The position numbers and the translations under genes are program-made. The notes under the pieces were generated by a model that saw only the letters and a list, made by a program, of their open reading frames with translations, did not search any database and had not been told where the DNA came from. From Zygnema circumcarinatum SAG 698-1b (lineage: Eukaryota > Plantae > Zygnematophyceae), in NCBI GenBank assembly GCA_037447605.1, contig CM074812.1, positions 868,001 to 932,000 on the forward strand: a stretch of DNA of 64,000 nucleotides, given 5' to 3'. Position 1 is the stretch's first letter. Every line of letters begins with the position of its first letter. Of this stretch, positions 10,740 to 23,055 are shown one piece after another.

Positions 10740-13643
10740 TTAAGTTTCATATTTTCGATGCTCGTCGTTGAATACGAGTGACAGGTCAATCATGCGGCTA
10801 TGGCTCACTCTCCTGAATGTTCTCCGGCAAAAATGGCGAGGGGCGAAGTGATAGTCGCATGCAGGCTTGCATGCATTTATTGAAGTTAGCATGTACGCAT
10901 GCTATCATGCCTTGCTCGATGTCTGTATCCCGCTCCCTCTCCCTCTCCAACTCCCATTCTCTCCCTCTCTATCGTTCGATTACAACTTTTCCAGGCAAAC
11001 ATGGACACAGGACCGAAACCACTTCATGACGGAATAAACGAAACCGAACTAAACAAGTACACAGGAAACAATCTGATCCCTTCAGGGGGAGTACAAAATA
11101 GTGATTAATTGCAACAGTAAGGTAATGATAACATTATCCTGCGATGGCAGCCGCCTTTCTTCCCACAGAGATGGGCAGTTCCCTTTTCAGACGGCCGTTC
11201 TTTGGGGTCCGACAACAAACTTCTTGCTAACCTGTGGACCTGCTAAAACGAGTCTCCATAAAAGAAATCCCGCAGGATTCAGGGAGACTCAGACAAACCC
11301 TACAAAAGCCCCAAGGCCTCCGAGGTTCAGGAGACCCTTCTGACTTGAATGTTATAGGATTGTGGCACACCCTTAAGAGTAGGGCATGTCAAATGGAGGA
11401 ACGAATGAATGGTTAATGATAGGACCTAAGACTAAGGCTAAGTCTAGATCTTCACCTGCTTGGACATGCAATGTCCACAAGGACTTTCAATGTGCAATAT
11501 CTGCAGGCCCTCGGTGCAGTGCGTGCAAAAAAGAAAATGAAAAACGGCGAGTGCCTGTACTGAGGTTTCCGTCTTTGGAACCTGCAGCGTCTGGCAGTGT
11601 CGCTCTGAAAAACTGTGGGCTTGGTTGGATATTCCCCACTCACTTTCTCCATTCAGCAGGAATGTCATCGTTCCTGACAGGTTTCATCTTTACCTGCACA
11701 CGCGGAGAGAGAGAGAGGTTAGAGACAGGCAGAGAGGGAGAGATTGATGACAAGCTTCTGGTGTGCTCTGTGTTCTTATATATGGATCGAACCACAACGA
11801 GAACAATCATATTTTACTTACCTTTCTTCCTGGTTGCTCGTCAAAATTAATTTGGACATCATTGACATTGCTTTCCAATTGGGGAGAAAAAGGGGAAAAG
11901 AAAATATGAAAACTGACAGCGATGATAAGTCTGCAAGAATGGTTCTCAGTCAGACCCTTGCCTCTTTCAATGCTTTGAAACGTAGAATACTTGCAGGTCC
12001 CACTCAGATCACTTTTCCGGGTATTACTAACGTATGTGCTACCTTTCATGTTTTGTCATTGTCTTTGCCGCTTTAACATGAAAGTCCAATTGACATGGCT
12101 AACTCCGAAGAGCATTCCTATCATCCCTGGCTTGTAACCTGAAAAAAGCGAAATAAAGTTGCTCGACTAACCCAGTTAGAAATCAACAAACACTACCTTT
12201 CGATTCAATGACGTGATTCCACCCGCTTTCTCGCCTGTCGCCTCCCGTGAAAAAGTAGGCACCACAGAAAGTGCTTGAAACGCTATTTTGAACTTCTCCC
12301 AGCACGTCTGCTCCCACCGACAGCCTCCAAACATCATCAAATTTCCAACTCATTCATGCAGCATTGCAGCACTTCGTAAGCCCTTAAAAAAAGAAATGTA
12401 GAGTACGGCAGGTCACATTGCACATAGAAATCCCTCAAAACTCATGTGAAGGTGAAGAAAGAAGACAAATTTAGAATAAAGCAACACTAGATATGTTCTC
12501 GCCGTTTAGCGTACGTAAAACCACAAACATACGCACCTCCAGAGACGTCGCGCCCAGATTGGAGACAGCCGCGCTCTCCTTCTACATAACCAACCGACTT
12601 CTTTCAGTTCGTAGAATCGCACAAAGTGTGTAATCCTCACATAAATACATAGTTAAAATTATCTGGAAAGAATGCTATAATCTTGGTAGGAGTAACATAT
12701 TTCTTAGCATTCAACTCAGCCTATCGATTTTCTAAAATCAGATCAGGGACATGGCAAGTAGCCGTGTAGTCTCAACTGGTAACTTAATGGAAGTAGTTCA
12801 CTGAAATTCAACTGACTTTTGCTATTTTTATGCACCTCAAAATCCTGATTATGCTAGTCCAAACTCTCAAATCCCCTGAATTTTACATTCTAGCTGTCCC
12901 AGTCAGCAAAGAAAAGAGACACTAAAAAGTAGAAACACATCACATCATGCCATAATAACGTAGCATTAACTCTTTAATAGACGCAGAGCAAGATTCATTT
13001 TTCTAGTCTTCCATGGTCCACTGGAAAATCACTGAGCAAGGGTTGAAGAATTCAACATTAAATAGCCGAAAAGATCACTACAACAAAGAGGAAAAAAAGA
13101 AAGGGAGGGCATCCTTCTTACCGTATTAACAGGCTGCATGCTTTCAAAGGTGTAGTAGGGTACATGGTGTTCCCCAGACCACAGCATTTCCTCTTGCAGG
13201 ACGACAAGTCGTCGCCTCCGGGACCAATCATTGAAGACCAACACGAACAGACAGACCAGTAGCAGCGCCATGAAGGATTGCTGTCCTTTTGGAACCCTAA
13301 AAAACCTGTATACCTTCGAGACTCTCTGACGAACAGAGCTTCCCAAAATTCCGAGAAGTGCTGACCCCTGAGCATCGTCCGCTGTCCGAAACGAAAGTCT
13401 CTTTGGTGCGATGGGAGATACTTCATATGCGTAAGGAGTTCGCATGTACGCGAACTCTGGCAAGTTCTTCTCAAAGGTCAGCTGGCAGCTGAGACTGAAA
13501 GCTACGAGCCATCTGGAAGGCAGGGACCACAACTTGTGACTCGAAATAGGGCTCAATGGCTTGTCTGTTAAAGACGAACGAAAGGGAGTCGCAGGATTCT
13601 CTGATCTTACTGCAGACATCCTGGAAGAGACCTTGGGAAGCAT
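10740..13643 (-). CDS. uncharacterised multi-exon gene, predicted single-pass (type II) membrane protein
   Basis: Frame-consistent model 13122-13643, 12537-12581, 12197-12307, 11644-11693, 11456-11500, 10740-10812 (about 281 aa). Hydrophobic segment FMALLLVCLFVLVF. Family not recognised; the 3' exons are tentative. Confidence 0.5.
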
Positions 13644-14299
13644 TATCCTTCAAAAACCCTCTCACATCTGCATACTAGTAAGCCTGTTGGAGGCGCTCAT
13701 TCAGTTCCTAATCCAATCAATACATGCATGCCCTCAATGCAAACCTGCGCGAGCAATGCCAGTAGCAGTGGTGGAGAAAGGAGAAACGGAGCTGCAGAGA
13801 GAGCTGCTCCGGAGAGTAGAGGTCCTGCAGGGCCCTCCTTTGAAGCTGCAACGGTCACAGAGGGGGAAAAAAAGAGCCGTTGGAGGGAGCCAGAGATCAC
13901 GGGGAACCGTCCGATGTGACGCTGAGAAGATCGGACGGCCCAGAATGGTGCAGAGCGCAAGCAGCTTCAAATTTCCTCAGGCTGGCGCGTTCCGTGCTAG
14001 TTAAACAAAAACAAATTCGTCAAAACACTGCGTTTAAATTACAAAGAGTACTGTACTGTACTTTAAAAAAATGGAATCAAATATCATAAGAGTACTTGTT
14101 CTGGTATCAAACTGGATAAATTTCTATGCCAGTAACACGGACCGTTTTTCACGTAGTAACGGCCAACATGTGACCACAATATTTCCGTTCAATATCGACA
14201 AATACTGAATGTTTCAATACGATCAGTATTGAGATATATCGAGCATCCGATACGGCCTCATTCCGGGGAAGGCTTCTTCTCTTAGCAATGGCTCCAAGA

Positions 14300-15690
14300 A
14301 GTTTTTATAGCGCTAGAGACACTGTGCAACGTTTTGTGCGACATCGACTCTCTAGTGAGGGTAGATGTGCAGGCCTCTTCAAATAGGGGATTTCGGCTTA
14401 AGATAGGGGACTGTCCCCTAACTTGGTTTTGTAAACACACGTAAATATGGACTGTACGGACGAAACCGTGCACGTACGGACGAGAATTTTGTGGAGACCT
14501 TGCTTCATCATTTCCCAACACTGCTACCGTCGAGTCTGATTTTTCAGTAATTGGATGGGAGAAAGACGAGTTTCGAAAGAGGTTGACAGACTTTTCATTG
14601 GAAGGCATTCTTCACTGCAAACAATTAGATAGTTTGACCGCTCTTCGAGGGTCTCTTTGAGTAGTTTGCATCACTTCTATAGCTGTCTTGATCAGCCTAA
14701 AACTCTTAAGGGAGTGAGACCATTTTTCATTTCATTTCTAATTTTAGTTCCTATTTCAGTTTTTCTTTTGTGACTACACCTAGAATTTCAAAGGTTATGA
14801 TTTGGAATAGAGTTTTTGTGAGGAAATTTCAAGACTATGATGGATTCTAAAGTGATACTTGGAGTAATTAATGATGGATGGAAAAGAAAATAGAGAGCTT
14901 AGGATTGGATATACAAAGTTTCAGTGCAATTGGGTTTTTGAATAAGCAACTATATGTTGTAATTGCCAAATGCACAGTTGTTCTAATTGATTGGTAAAAT
15001 TTACCAATCTATAAGAGTCGAAGAGGTTGCACCAGTTTCTAAAGCCGTGTTGTTATACCAACAAGTAAAGTTCATATACATCATTGCTATTGTGGTTGCA
15101 AATGCAATTCATTTCCTTTTTGTTTTTAACCAAAAAAATGCTTTTTTGGGGCTTGTGTGGTATTTAAGTTGAAATCACGTAAACTAATCTCAAAATCTTA
15201 CATAAATAAGCTATTTACGATATTTAGGGGATCTCCCTTATTTGAAGAGGCCTGTAGATGTGTCGTGCAGACGTAGGAGGCGCGATTGTACGGAAGTCAG
15301 GGTCCGTACCGTACCGTATTGCTCTACATGTACCCCCCCTAATATTTTCGCCATGAGAAGGATGAGAGAAGAAAAGCAACAACAAAATTATGATAAAAAC
15401 TCTTTATACACACAGCAAAAAAAAGCCACACCTTTCTTCTTCTTCTACTATTTATAATATTCACACCCAAAAAAGACAAGTGAATCGTGTTATACGGCGC
15501 TAGAGACTGTACAACATTGTTGGGACATAGACTCTTTCGAGGACAAGGAACTAGATGTAGGGTTCAAGCTTTCTGAAGTCTGCCTTATGTGCTTGGAGAT
15601 GCGGCGCCGCCATTCCTGTACATCAGTATTTGCCGTACAACCCGTACACTTCGTGTACGAATGGTACGGTACATTACAGTACGGACATTA
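14300..15690. repeat. cluster of diverged repeat relics (direct and inverted copies)
   Basis: Perfect 16-bp inverted repeat CAGGCCTCTTCAAATA (14370-14385) / TATTTGAAGAGGCCTG (15239-15254). 14310-14370 has a diverged direct copy near 15498-15560. GTACGG/CCGTAC motifs are frequent. Confidence 0.5.
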
Positions 15691-15957
15691 ATGTCGCGCC
15701 TCCAACATCTGCAAAACACATCTAGCCTCACTGGAGAGTCCTCAGTCTTTAGTGCTGTTACTGCTGTACACCACAATCCATGGCGGCTCGGCCTCTCTGT
15801 GGAGCGCTCGCACTGCTCCTCCTCCCGCCATGCTCGCTCGGGCCATTAAGTGGTTCTGTAACCTGAACCTGGAAGGAACTATATTTTTCTTAAGAAATAT
15901 ACTATAACTTTTTTTTACAGAAAATCTGTAGGCTGCGAAAGCTACATTGTCTGCTCT

Positions 15958-15965
15958 TAGGGTTT
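15958..15965 (-). promoter_or_regulatory. telo-box upstream of ZMAT2
   Basis: TAGGGTTT lies about 45 nt before the first ATG. Confidence 0.4.
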
Positions 15966-16007
15966 CTTGAATGAAGGGATTTCCGTAACCGTTACGACCC
16001 TTGGAGT

Positions 16008-16121
16008 ATGGAGCAGATAAAATCTAAAATGGTAAGAACGCCTTGGCTTTGAGATGTCTGGATTTTGGGAAGACTATGGTTCGTGAGCAAGCGCACCTTT
16101 CTTAGTCACATTCCTTCAAGA

Positions 16122-16155
<34 letters not shown>

Positions 16156-19100
16156 TTCTCTTTGAGATTGAATTAAAACAAGAAATTTAGGCCAATTGTA
16201 TTAAGTTTTAAGATATGCCTCTGCTGTTTTTCTCGCAATGTTCTGCTGCGGTGAAGACTAAAGTCTCTGAAAAGGGCGAAATCCGAGGCCTTTGCAGAGC
16301 TCGATACTTTTTCCTTCATATGAATTTGCAAGTCCTAAAAAATTGAACCCGGGGCTGTTTCAAGCAAGTTCTTAGAGTCAATTAAACTTAATTTCTGAAT
16401 TTAAGAGGTAACAGTCCTAGCCTTGTTCCTGCGTGTTTCTTCCAACGAGACTTCTGTCTATGTTTGAAGCAGGCTTTCAGACTTGAAATTTGTAAGAATT
16501 GACCGTGGGGCCCCGGAGCTTGGTACCGCTTTAACTTTAAGCCATCATTCCGTGGGTAAATCTTATTATACTCATCACGGGGTAAAGAGCACGTTGTCAG
16601 TAAATAAAAACAAGGAGATTTTTTTATAAGGAAAAAAAATAATAGACCTAAAAGGCACGAGAAGCCCATGTGCTTTCCAGACACTTCTACTTTACTCATA
16701 GTATTTCTATATGGGGGCTGCAGGCCAGCGGAGTGGACAACACTTTTCGAAGAAAATGGGATCGGGATGAGTTTGCTGAACGCGCCAAAGAGAGGGACGA
16801 GCAGGTAACTGTTTGCTGTACCCTCATTAGATAAAGGAGGCTGTCTGCATCCGCTCCACTCTGTTACATTTGGATATTAACTTTTGTCAGGCAAGTATGA
16901 ATTTCCCTTTGTCATTGACATTGTTGAGCTCCGCTTCATTTTGTGCTGGTGATGCTCTGCTAGAAGGTGTCCTTGAACTCCCGAATGAAGGGTTCTTTGT
17001 GGGACAGGAGCGAGAGGAAGAGGATGGCCATCGCAAGCCCAAGCGTGCGTTTCTCTCCCTCCCTCCCCTCCCCTCCTCCCTCTCTCCTTTTTTAATTGAG
17101 AGGATCATTTTTGGGGATCCTTGCTGTTTCCCTCCATTTTGATGGGACTATCTATCATAGAAGCTTAGTATCGTAAGACCACAGCAGAGCTTTCTGTTGG
17201 AGAGAAAGAGTCCTACGAGGTAACCAGTTTGTCTTCCATTTGTGTCACTCTCAAGCTGTCTAAGTTTAAGTACTCCGGGGAATGCAGCAAGAGGCCCCCC
17301 CGTGCAGCGCAAACCGCTGAAGCATCGCGAATATGAAGTGGACCTCGAGTCGCGGTTGGGTCGAACGCAGGTGAGCTCGAAACTGGTCGAAATGCGACAA
17401 TGCATGAATGTGAGAATGGTCGAATGTGAGGAGGGCTCATCTGAGATGGAGAGGCTCATACATATTCCATGGCTGCTTTAGAGTCTTGCGAGCCAGATTA
17501 TAACATGTGGACCATATGGCATGTATGTGAACTCCTCCATGTGAGCTCTTATTGGCATGTTTTTGAACTTCTTTGCTATATGGCCTCAATGGCTACAAGG
17601 TAGTTTTGCATACTGAAGTCATAAGTTTCTTTCAGGCTTTTCCCTTTGGACATTTAAATGAGAAGCTTGAGCACTGTAAGGGTATCTGAGCAGGTTGTTC
17701 TATGTGGTTGGACCAGGTGGTGACACCAGTTGCACCGTTAAACCAGCAGGTAATGTGTAACAGGCTTTCTCATAGAGTTTTAAAAAGGATATCCACATTG
17801 AGATTGTTCTCTCTCTCTCTCTCTCCCACTCTCTATCGCTCTGTGTCCCTCTGTGCCATCCGGACTGTTGGCATAGCTCTCGTAGCCAATGCCTGTCCGT
17901 ATATGGTGACTGCTTGACTCCACATCTGCTACTTGGCAACATGGGATGCATTTAGATGTTCAGGCATATTTGAATATTTGTACCAGATATGCTTGCAATG
18001 TTATAAAGGTTCTTTTCTTGATAAACCAGTAAACAAGAGTTCATCGAACTGAAACCACTTTGGAGTATACAGAGAATTGTATCCAATTTTGAGGAGCTCG
18101 TAGTTGTTGCCTCAAGTGTAACTTGCCTTCTTTAAAGGGTTTCCATATGGGCAAAAAACCCACCTTCCCACAGTCTCCTTACAACGCCTTAGTAACGGAT
18201 TTCAGGCCGGATACTTCTGCAATGTCTGCGACTGCGTCGTAAAAGATTCTGCAAACTATCTCGACCACATCAACGGCAAGAAACGTGAGTTAGTGTCCGT
18301 TCAGTTGCAACCATCCTTCAATAAACTTTGAGCAGTGAGGGTATTTAAAGTAGAGGCCTTTCATTTTCTCGCAAATGAAGTCTGCTTTTCGATCACAGGC
18401 TCTCGTGTATTGGGAGCTTCCTGTCACTCAGGCATGAAGTGTGTGAATCAATTCTATGTACTTTTATCCATTAAACCTTCCTGCGGTAAGAATTCGTACT
18501 GAATACGCTCGTGTTGGAGGCTGATTTGCAGATCAGAGAGCTTTGGGTATGTCCATGCGTGTAGAGCGTGCAAGTCTCTCGCAGGTGAGGCTGAACCTCT
18601 ATCTTGAATTGCTGATGCCATTTCTGCATTATTCTTTTTGTAATCCTATCAACGAGGTATTTGTTATGGTGCCATTTGGGAGTGCCTCGCCAAACAATGA
18701 TCGAATTGAAGAATTTATGAAGAGCAGGGAAAACTACTTGCAGTTTCACCCCATAGACGTTTCGACGTTTGTGAAAGCAATATCGAATCCCTGCAAGTGT
18801 TTATTAGTGAGAGTGAGTTCTTTGACGAGGCCGTTTTGTGTAAGTATATAATAGACGCGATGACCACTTGTCAGTTTACAGAAGCAGAGATTTTATATTG
18901 TGCCACAAGCCCTCATAAAGAATTTCAAACAGCAAACGAACTGTCTCTCTTTAGCAGTTTTTTTGCATGCCCGGGAGAACTAGCAGGAATAGGATGAATG
19001 TTATGTTATGTCATGTTATGTTATGTGATGTGGTAGTATAACATGAGAGGTTGACTGTGACAGGTGCAAGAGCGGTTTGAAACATTAAAGAGGAAGCAAT

Positions 19101-19535
19101 CGGACACTTCCAGCTTTTCAGAACAGGGTGAGCCCACTGCGCTGAGGCTGCTGCCTGCTGGGGAGGCATCAAAGGGGGAACTGACTTGAATAGAACTGAA
19201 ATTTGGTTCATTTTCTTCTGACTAAACCACCGGACTGGACGCAGATCTGGAAAAAAGAATACAATCGCAGATAGAAGAGGAAGGGGAGCTAAAACGACAG
19301 CGGAAAGAAAAGAAAAAAGAACGAAAGGTGATCATCGTTGTCTTCTTATCCCCTCCTCCTGCTTGTCCTTTTCCTTTCCCGTTCTCTTCTTCTTCTTGAC
19401 GGTCTTCTGACCTCCGCCACGGCTTTGGGGATTCAGAAAGAGAAGCAAGGGGCTGTGGAGGGAGATGTTGGAGACATTGACCCGGAGATGGCAAGCCTCA
19501 TGGGCTTCGGCGGCTTTGGCTCGTCTAAGAAATGA
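16008..19535 (+). CDS. ZMAT2: zinc finger matrin-type protein 2 (Snu23, spliceosomal B complex)
   Basis: Exons include 16724-16804 ([27 protein letters not shown]), 17008-17044, 17288-17370 ([20 protein letters not shown]), 17717-17749, about 18210-18285 ([25 protein letters not shown]), [15 protein letters not shown], and a last exon ending [15 protein letters not shown]. Start is 16008 or 16029. Confidence 0.93.
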
Positions 19536-20029
19536 GAAAGGGCGTTCTTTAATTCTTTCTTTATGTAAAGTTGAGGTTGAATTAAGCCCCTCTTAATGTA
19601 ACGTGAATACAAACCTTTTCATGATCCCCTTCTTCCCATGTTCCTTCCTTCTGCGCTTGACCCAATGAAAGCTTCCATCGTGGTCAAACTGTGACCAGTG
19701 TCACACCCTTATTTGGCTTTGTGTTCTGCTTTCTTTACTGGTTTCTTTATCGTCTTGCATTAGAAAGGCGATGAGAGCCGAGCCAAGCCGACCCAACAGC
19801 TATAGCCATCGTGAGATTTCTCCGTTTAAGTTGCACACTCCTCAGTCGGGAAATCTGCTTCTTTTGTACAAAATGAGATACATGAGGCCACAACCCACAA
19901 CGGGTTTAGTTTGGTAATAAATCTCGAACTTCTATAAGAGTCTCAGTTCTAAGTACTTGTTGTAAGGTCTGGACAATGTGTGAAGACACTCTATCCCAAT
20001 AATGGCATGCAGCAGAACTATGCAGCGCA

Positions 20030-20190
20030 TCAAGATCAGGTTGTTGCGGCTTTTACCGATTTTACTTCTCGGTTGGCCGCAATGCAGTTGACGGTAAATT
20101 TGTCAAAGTGTTGTGCTTGGTCTCCGGTTGGTATTCCTTCTTCTCCTTCGCTCGTTTCTGGTATCCAGACTTGTACTTAGGGTTTTTAGG
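20030..20190 (+). mobile_element. degenerate non-LTR retrotransposon reverse-transcriptase fragment (CRE-like)
   Basis: DQVVAAFTDFTSRLAAMQLTVNLSKCCAWSPVGIP resembles the segment after YxDD (L-x-VN-x-x-K-C-x-x-W-S-P) in plant and algal non-LTR RTs. No intact YxDD is visible. Confidence 0.5.
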
Positions 20191-20844
20191 GAGGGAAAGA
20201 GGGAGCGACGAAACAGGGAGGCCGAGGAAAGGTGCGCAGAGGGTAGAGGGAGGCAAGGAGGTGAGGATCAGGGTGGGTAGAGAAGGAAGGCGAGGGAGAT
20301 GGAAGATGGGATGATGTTGAGATGCCGAAACTTCTGCATGGAGGTCCTCCGGCAGAGCTTCCAAACGAGAAGGGGAGGGCGAGGAAACGAATGGGCGAGG
20401 GAGAGGGAGAGCGAGGAGGAGGAGAGCACACGGAAAGAGGAATAGGGGATACAGACAGCTCAGAAAGGCGAAGTTAACAGCACCTTAGCCAGAGTCATTC
20501 ACCAAGGTACACGACTTCTTCAATGTCTAAACGTGACAGGAATTCCCTGACGAGTGTTATCCTGCCTCACTTCAGACCATCCATTTGTTAGCCAACGGGT
20601 GGCAAAAAAGCTAAGAAAGAGTGTAAGGGTCAGCTTTGCTTTTTGAAGACTACACCGCTCAGTGATATAAAGCACATTCCTAGGCGCAGAGATTACCCCT
20701 TCACGCCCTCCCCCCATTGTCCCTTATGACCCCCTCACCGCATCTCCCTCTACCTACCGCTACATTTGCCTACACAGATCATTCGTTAGGTCCCGAACAG
20801 CGCGTACTCCCGAAAACTGTGCCATTTACAGATCACTGCTCGAA

Positions 20845-22767
20845 TCACGACAGGGACTTCGCTGTGATGTTCTTTGACTTTAAATAGTCTGACCAAAGGG
20901 TAGGCCTCTTTGAAGAGCCAGGATAAGGCACTGCCTTTGGGAGCGATTTCTGGTATGTTAGAAGTGTTCCCCCTTCCCCCAACAGTTGGGCTACAGCTGT
21001 CGCCTGTGTTCCATCGGAGTAGTTGAGAGCGACTAAAGGTGAAGGTAAGTCACTCAACAGGCGCTTTATGTACCTGGCAAGACGCACCATCACATTGTAA
21101 CATTTAGCAGCAGCAGGCAAGTGCATCAACATCTAGGCTTTTCTGTTACAGGCATCTCCAATATTCCAATTGGCTTAAAAAAGTTGTGACTGGTTCAAAT
21201 ACCTTACCAACGGGTCTTTTCATTCGAACAGACTTTGGCTCTACGACAAAATTCCACATTGCTTTCCCTCTCTCACCAACACACTACAAACCGCTTTAAA
21301 AAGATGACGCTATTTGCTCGTCCCATTTCTACGCTCACATAATCACTGGAACGTACTCCTTTTGCTTTAATGACCGAGCCACAGATGATCAAATGTGGGA
21401 TATGTTGCTCGGAGCAAACTGTGCCTGTCTTAAGTAACAAATATGGCAGTGCAGCCTATTCAAAGAAGGACCTATACACATTAACCAACCCATGCGTTTT
21501 TCTCTGTGCCATACACGACATCATCAAAGCCCGTCATCAGAACAAGCAATGTTACCTGTTAATTTTCAGCTGTACAACACAAAACAAGCGGACAAAGAGT
21601 CGCTAGGAATCCAGCATAGGATTAGCGTCTGGAATGACGGTTGGATAGCATACCAGGTTTTGGTGTATGACTCAGTGACTACAACATCTCCTCCGAGGCT
21701 CTTCAGCTGTTCAACATTCTCCGCTGTTCCGGGCTTATCCGCAATTACGTTGATAGTCTTCACACCCCGCTCCTTTGCCAGCTGGATCACAGATTTGCCA
21801 GTCTCACTGTCCGCCTCATTCTGCACCAACACGTCACCTGCTCGCACGAACTCCCTCCCAGAAGCGTCAGAACAACATTTGCACGTTGCTATGATCCATG
21901 GATAGCAAATATAGAAGTCATGGACATGACACATGAACGTGATGTGCAAATGACTTGCACTGTTGTCACCATCGAACTTTCCTCACCACACGTTTTGATC
22001 CTTACATTAACCCTAACTCTATTGCTAATCCTAACCCGTTAACCCGTTAATCCTAACGATTTCCCCAACTTCACCCTAACCAATCCTAACCCTCACCCTC
22101 ACCCTCACCCTCACCTCAACCCTAATCTCGTGCATCACCCTCACTCTCATCCTCAACCTCATCCCAATCCTCATCCTCATCCAAACACTAACCCTACTCC
22201 CGTGCATCACCATTACCTCACCCTTATCCTCACCCTAACCCTAATCCCGTGCATTAGCCTCACTCTCACTCTCACTCCTCAACCCCTCCCCCCCTCTCCG
22301 CCCCGCCACCTTCACCCTCAACCACATCCTCATCCTCACCCTCACCCTAACTCTGCTTCCGTGCATCACCCTCACCCTCATCCTCACCCTAACCCTAACT
22401 CTGCTTCCGTGCATCAACCTCACCCTCACCCTCACTCTCACCCTACTCCCGTGCATCACCCTCACCCTTATCTTTATCCGTAGCACCCTCACTCGCACTT
22501 TTACCCCTTCACCCTCACCCTCAACCTACTCCAATTCATCACCCTCACCCTCGCCCTCACCCTCACCCTCACCCTCAACCTCACCCTCACCCTACTCCCT
22601 GCATCACCCTCCAGATCACACAGCGCGCCAAGGGGCTCACCTGCGCGCAGAGGGACGGCGTCCAGCAGGAGTGCTGCGGCAGCCTTGTCCGCATAGCCCC
22701 GCGCGAGCAGGCCCGCGGGCCCTCCCAGGCCTCCCAGGCCGCGGGCGGCGCCTCTGCAGAGCGCCAT
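20845..22767 (-). CDS. mitochondrial trans-2-enoyl-CoA/ACP reductase (MECR)-like protein, nucleotide-binding domain only (179 aa)
   Basis: join(22641-22767, 21654-21837, 20845-21073) = 540 nt. AGDVLVQNEADSETGKSVIQLAKERGVKTINVIADKPG...LKSLGGDVVVTES...ALNYSDG...LLGEGGTLLTY aligns with the MECR Rossmann fold. The N-terminus is Ala/Arg/Gly-rich and presequence-like. Confidence 0.8.
22009..22610 (-). repeat. degenerate telomere-like (TTAGGG/TGAGGG)n array in intron 1 of the MECR-like gene
   Basis: CCCTAA/CCCTCA hexamers on +, interspersed with a recurring CCGTGCATCA motif. Confidence 0.8.
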
Positions 22768-23055
22768 GGCTTCCCTTCCTCCCCTCCCTCGTCAACAGAG
22801 CGCACCGCAATACAGAGCTTCCCCGGGCCTCTCCCTTATTCCCTGTTGCGATTCGAACTCGAGCATCCTCCAACCGCAGCGACTAGCCACGTGTACAGTT
22901 TTGTACACGTGGCGCGTCGCCATTGGAGGACCGTGGTGTACGAGTCGCAGTGGAGGGCGGGCGAGCTTTCAGCGAGCGAGGCAGGAAGGAGGGAGAGCAG
23001 AGAGAGCAGGGCACAGAGAGAGCAGGGCACAGAGAGAGCAGGGCCTGCGCTGGCC

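Noticed and set aside
10330-10740. SECIS element for the TGA at 12350
   Set aside because: The hairpin GAGACATGC-AAGAA-GTATGTCTC lacks the paired UGA/GA quartet geometry.
15298-15690. Intact hAT MITE (CAGGGTCCGTAC ... GTACGGACATTA)
   Set aside because: Only 8 bp of TIR identity and no target-site duplication; kept only as part of a relic cluster.
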